In this document: piece by piece, positions 43,267 to 45,792 of the stretch
How positions within the stretch are numbered: position 1 is the first letter of the stretch
How the letters are laid out: every line of letters begins with the position of its first letter
Source of the DNA: a virus
Reading direction: 5' to 3' (one strand)
IMG/VR virus record: IMGVR_UViG_3300045988_123020
Coordinates: 1-45,792 of that record
Length of the DNA: 45,792 nucleotides
Position numbers and translations under genes: made by a program
Notes under the pieces: generated by a model
What the model saw: the letters and a program-made list of their open reading frames with translations, nothing else
The model's database searches: none
Told to the model about the DNA's origin: nothing

Positions 43267-43596
43267 TCAGTCCTCAATACGACGCAAGTCGCCGTCCTGA
43301 ACGCGCATGTCAATCCAATCCAACATTCCGCAGCGGAACGCGACGGGATCAACGTCGGCAAGCACCTCGCCCGCGTCATACTCATAACCGCACACGCTAA
43401 CCATTCCGTACAAGTCGCCCAGAAGGTCCCTGTACGCATCTTCCATGCCGTCCGAATAGAGCTCGCCATACTCATCCACATAATCAGCCCAATCGGGCAC
43501 GCCGCCCAACTCGCTACGCGTGAACGAATCGCGCTCATCCCACGCTGCTTGCATCGCTCCCAGTGCCTCGCCCGTGACCTTGGTAATGAACGTCAT
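43267..43596 (-). CDS. hypothetical protein, WA-YVDR paralog family
   Basis: AAWDERDSFTRSELGGVPDWADYVDEYGELY ... QDGDLRRIED. Preceded by E6. Confidence 0.65.
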   Translation of the reverse strand: MTFITKVTGEALGAMQAAWDERDSFTRSELGGVPDWADYVDEYGELYSDGMEDAYRDLLGDLYGMVSVCGYEYDAGEVLADVDPVAFRCGMLDWIDMRVQDGDLRRIED

Positions 43597-43657
43597 TGTC
43601 TTGCCTCTTTCTCAATTGATCTGCGATAGGACAAACGCACGCCACGTTTGCCCCCGC

Positions 43658-43707
43658 TCCCTGACTGGGAATCGAACCCAGCTCCATACTCGCCATTAAG
43701 TCAGGGA
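43658..43707 (-). ncRNA. tRNA-like element E6 (no anticodon arm)
   Basis: UCCCUGA-CUU AAUGGC GAG-UAUGGAG-CUGGG UUCGAUU CCCAG-UCAGGGA. Confidence 0.7.
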
Positions 43708-43717
43708 AACCACGCCG

Positions 43718-44230
43718 CTAGGCAACCGACGAAACAGCCGGGGGGATCAGGACATTCACGTACCAACGGCCCGACGCAACCTCAAGGCCCTCGGGGTCCA
43801 AAGCCAGCGCCCCCTCGGGATACCAGCCATCCATACAATCCGCCCCGCTCACAACCGTCCATCCAAGCTCACGCGCCGCCCGCTCAATCGCATCAGGAAA
43901 CGCGTTGAAAACCATCTCACCGACAGCATCCAAACGAGCATTGCCCTGCGCAGCGCGCCGCGAGTCAGGGTCCCAATCATCCCGGCCCCACACGGACGGA
44001 TCGTACTCAGGGCGTCCGCACTCATCCCATGCGGTGAAAACCCCGCGCCATGTGTGCGTGTCCCAATACGTCTGCAAAACGCACTCATCCCACTCAACAG
44101 TGCCCGGCATGGTCGCATCGTCATAGAACCAGCGAACCAGCTCGGCAAGCGTCCAATACCGCCGCGCCCGCTCAATCGCCGCGTCCGCACAACGCGCCGC
44201 CGCCGCCAAACCCTCAACATGCGTAGCCAT
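43718..44230 (-). CDS. hypothetical Trp/Asp-rich protein, first gene of the leftward operon
   Basis: RBS GAGAGG precedes ATG 44230 (ORF open to 44239). Protein-like sequence (WDECVLQTYWDTHTWRGVFTAWDECGRPEYDPSVWGRDDWDPD). Confidence 0.6.
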   Translation of the reverse strand: MATHVEGLAAAARCADAAIERARRYWTLAELVRWFYDDATMPGTVEWDECVLQTYWDTHTWRGVFTAWDECGRPEYDPSVWGRDDWDPDSRRAAQGNARLDAVGEMVFNAFPDAIERAARELGWTVVSGADCMDGWYPEGALALDPEGLEVASGRWYVNVLIPPAVSSVA

Positions 44231-44310
44231 AATAAACACCTCTCACAATTCCAGATAGGCCCCCACCCTGGGGGCCACGGTTAGCGCCGCCCATCGTCGG
44301 GCGCGCCCGT

Positions 44311-44384
44311 AGGCATCGCAGGAATCGAACCCACCCGCGCGCCCCCGCTGCTAACGAGGCCCGCACGACTCACCAGAGATGCCC
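44311..44384 (-). ncRNA. tRNA-like element E7 (74 nt, full tRNA length, non-canonical cloverleaf)
   Basis: Acceptor GGGCAUC/GAUGCCU (G1:U72). T-arm GUGGG UUCGAUU CCUGC. A 5+5-bp interrupted stem is capped by the 7-nt loop UUAGCAG (U33/A37-like). The D-arm is reduced to CUC-UGGU-GAG. Confidence 0.6.
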
Positions 44385-45005
44385 TAGTCCAATAACGACG
44401 CGCGCCTAATTAACTGACCGGGAAGCTCAAGGACAGTCCTAACGGCAGCGATATAAGCGATAGGCCGCGACCCGCGCCCCTAAGGCGGGGCCGTCGCCAA
44501 AACCTCGGAATCGCTGCGATAGGCAAGCGCGCGCCAAATAGGCGAAAAATAAACCACTGTGTAATTCACAAAAAACAACCAACGCACACCCAATCCAACG
44601 AATCAGCAAGGCCGGGGGGCCTCTCCGCTCGCTCTCTCAGGGGCGATGACATCAGTCTAGACCCGGCGCTAGCCTTACGCAAGCCCGGCGCCGCATCGTG
44701 AGACGTCAAACAACCACCCTCCGAGACAACCGCAGACTCACGCCCCAAACTGTCCGCCGGCATTGTCCGCCGGCCGCGAACTGTCAAACAGCAATTAGGG
44801 GCCATCGCGGGGGCAATCAATCAAATGAGACGCTAATCACATTACACGTGAATTAGCCCTGCCCAAACGCACACATACGCGCGGCTAGCACATGGCGAAG
44901 CTATTGTCAATTCGCTTTATGGAATAGTGACACAATAGACAAACGGAATCGCACATACCATACGCAAGCGAATCGCGCAAGCGCATTAATTGAATAGCGA
45001 CATAA

Positions 45006-45104
45006 CAATTAAATAGCAATTAGACCGCAATTACAAAAACAATTCTTTGCGATAAATAAAGCAGCTATCTAAGCAATTAACCAAGTCAATTAACCCAGCA
45101 ATTA
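45006..45104. repeat. cluster of six exact CAATTA motifs (plus variants) in the AT-rich control region
   Basis: CAATTA occurs at 45006, 45017, 45028, 45074, 45087 and 45099, and CAATTC at 45039. The surrounding sequence is non-coding. Confidence 0.7.
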
Positions 45105-45517
45105 AATACAAGGTGGGCGCGGCGACTAGACAGCCTGAGAATCGCGTCTGGAATTGTATCCGAATAGGGGGCCATAACCCCCAAGAATGCGCGCCTGAAT
45201 ACCGCCCAGTCATAGCAAAAAATATCCGCGACGGATCACAAGCTTTCCATGTCAACCAATTCGCCACGCCGCGCGCCGCTTGACGGCTCATGGTAACACG
45301 CCCCTCCCCGGACTCGCAACCCCGGTCGCAGTCCATGCCCCCGGCTCTTGGCAAGGGGGTTTCTAGCGAGTGGCTTGTTTCTGCGGATTTGGACGCGATG
45401 CCATGATCGCCCCCGCGTGACATGCGTCTCATTATTGGAAAAAGTGAACAGTGAGCGGGGTTTCAAAAACAGACTATATAGTGAGAGGGTAAAAGCCCTT
45501 GGGGGGTAGGGGGGCAA

Positions 45518-45538
45518 GTATATATATAAATATATATC
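45518..45538. repeat. TA-rich tract (GTATATATATAAATATATATC), candidate DNA-unwinding element
   Basis: Read directly from the sequence. It is the only pure A/T run of this length in an otherwise GC-rich genome. Confidence 0.6.
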
Positions 45539-45608
45539 TTAAGTCTTAAGCTAGTGTTTAAAGCTCTCTATCTCAAGTTTTCTAGTTCACGACTTATGGC
45601 TTATAGTT

Positions 45609-45692
45609 CATAGTTCCTATCTCATAGCTCATGGTTTCTATCTTATAGCTCATAGTTCCTATCTCATAGCTCATGGTTTCTATCTTATAGTT
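45609..45692. repeat. two tandem copies of a 42-bp repeat (plus a partial degenerate copy upstream)
   Basis: CATAGTTCCTATCTCATAGCTCATGGTTTCTATCTTATAGCT is repeated at 45609 and 45651 (last 2 nt differ). Confidence 0.85.
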
Positions 45693-45792
45693 CTGTCGTT
45701 GCTTTAAGTCTTAAGACGTAATTGGTATTGATTCTGATTCTGTCGTTGCTTTAAGTCTTAAGACGTAATTGGTATTGATTCTGATTCTGTCG
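45691..45792. repeat. right-end 47-bp tandem repeat (2 full units plus an 8-nt partial), continuous with the left-end copies
   Basis: TTCTGTCGTTGCTTTAAGTCTTAAGACGTAATTGGTATTGATTCTGA is present at 45691-45737 and 45738-45784, followed by TTCTGTCG. Each unit contains the palindrome GTCTTAAGAC. Confidence 0.9.

Noticed and set aside
44311-44384. E7 as a functional tRNA-Ala (anticodon-like AGC in the loop UUAGCAG)
   Set aside because: No canonical D-arm can be drawn. The anticodon-side helix is 10 bp with an internal loop instead of 5 bp. There is no G3:U70 alanine identity pair. An A34 anticodon would be unusual in bacteria. It is treated as tRNA-like, not as a decoding tRNA.
45474-45487. Minus-strand CTCACTATA, identical to the core of the T7 class III promoter
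   Set aside because: The match is only 9 nt, which is expected by chance about once in a few genomes of this size. No single-subunit RNA polymerase gene is present in the window.
44566-45517. Minus-strand ORFs 44566-44820, 45031-45432 and 45236-45517 as genes (e.g. a missing repressor)
   Set aside because: There is no RBS, and the composition is non-protein-like. They run through the AT-rich CAATTA iteron cluster, and the local composition differs from all credible genes. The region is treated as non-coding control DNA.
45590-45792. Tandem repeats at the right end as a possible CRISPR array
   Set aside because: The repeats are directly abutting (42-bp and 47-bp periods) with no unique spacers between them. 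There are no cas genes. They are terminal tandem repeats.

Overview
The window looks like a complete genome (45.8 kb) of a temperate siphovirus from a high-GC Gram-positive (Actinomycetota-type) host. Its two ends fall inside the same 47-bp tandem repeat.

Rightward arm (63-31132, + strand):
- HNH endonuclease, small terminase, NrdH-like glutaredoxin and tRNA-Leu(CAA).
- Large terminase interrupted by a class-3 intein with a LAGLIDADG homing endonuclease.
- Portal, MuF-like protein, scaffold and major capsid.
- Head-tail connectors, major tail protein, G/GT chaperone pair with a -1 frameshift, and a 1616-aa tape measure.
- Baseplate and fibre genes.
- Lysis cassette: amidase_2 endolysin with CW_binding_1 repeats, holin and a membrane coiled-coil protein.
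- Replication/recombination module: DnaQ-like exonuclease, Cas4/RecB-like nuclease, DnaB-like ATPase, Hjc-like resolvase, a DnaG primase split over two frames, and a sigma region-4-like HTH.

Leftward arm (31379-44230, - strand):
- Tyrosine integrase with its own promoter.
- About 30 small genes of unknown function in several transcription units, including two tandem paralog families.

Most unusual feature: the leftward operon between 40.2 and 44.4 kb carries exactly one minus-sense tRNA-like element in every intergenic spacer, seven in all. Five have an acceptor stem, D-arm and canonical GUUCGAnnC T-arm but no anticodon arm. Each sits in a conserved module of leader, 3' GCGA/GCGG tag, hairpin, purine-rich RBS and ATG.

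The last ~1.4 kb (44.4-45.8 kb) is non-coding. It holds CAATTA iterons, a TA tract, and 42-bp and 47-bp tandem repeats.

Limits: all calls rest on by-eye translation, motif recognition and hand folding. No database search or energy calculation was possible. Many start codons are inferred from RBS position and ATGA/GTGA overlaps.
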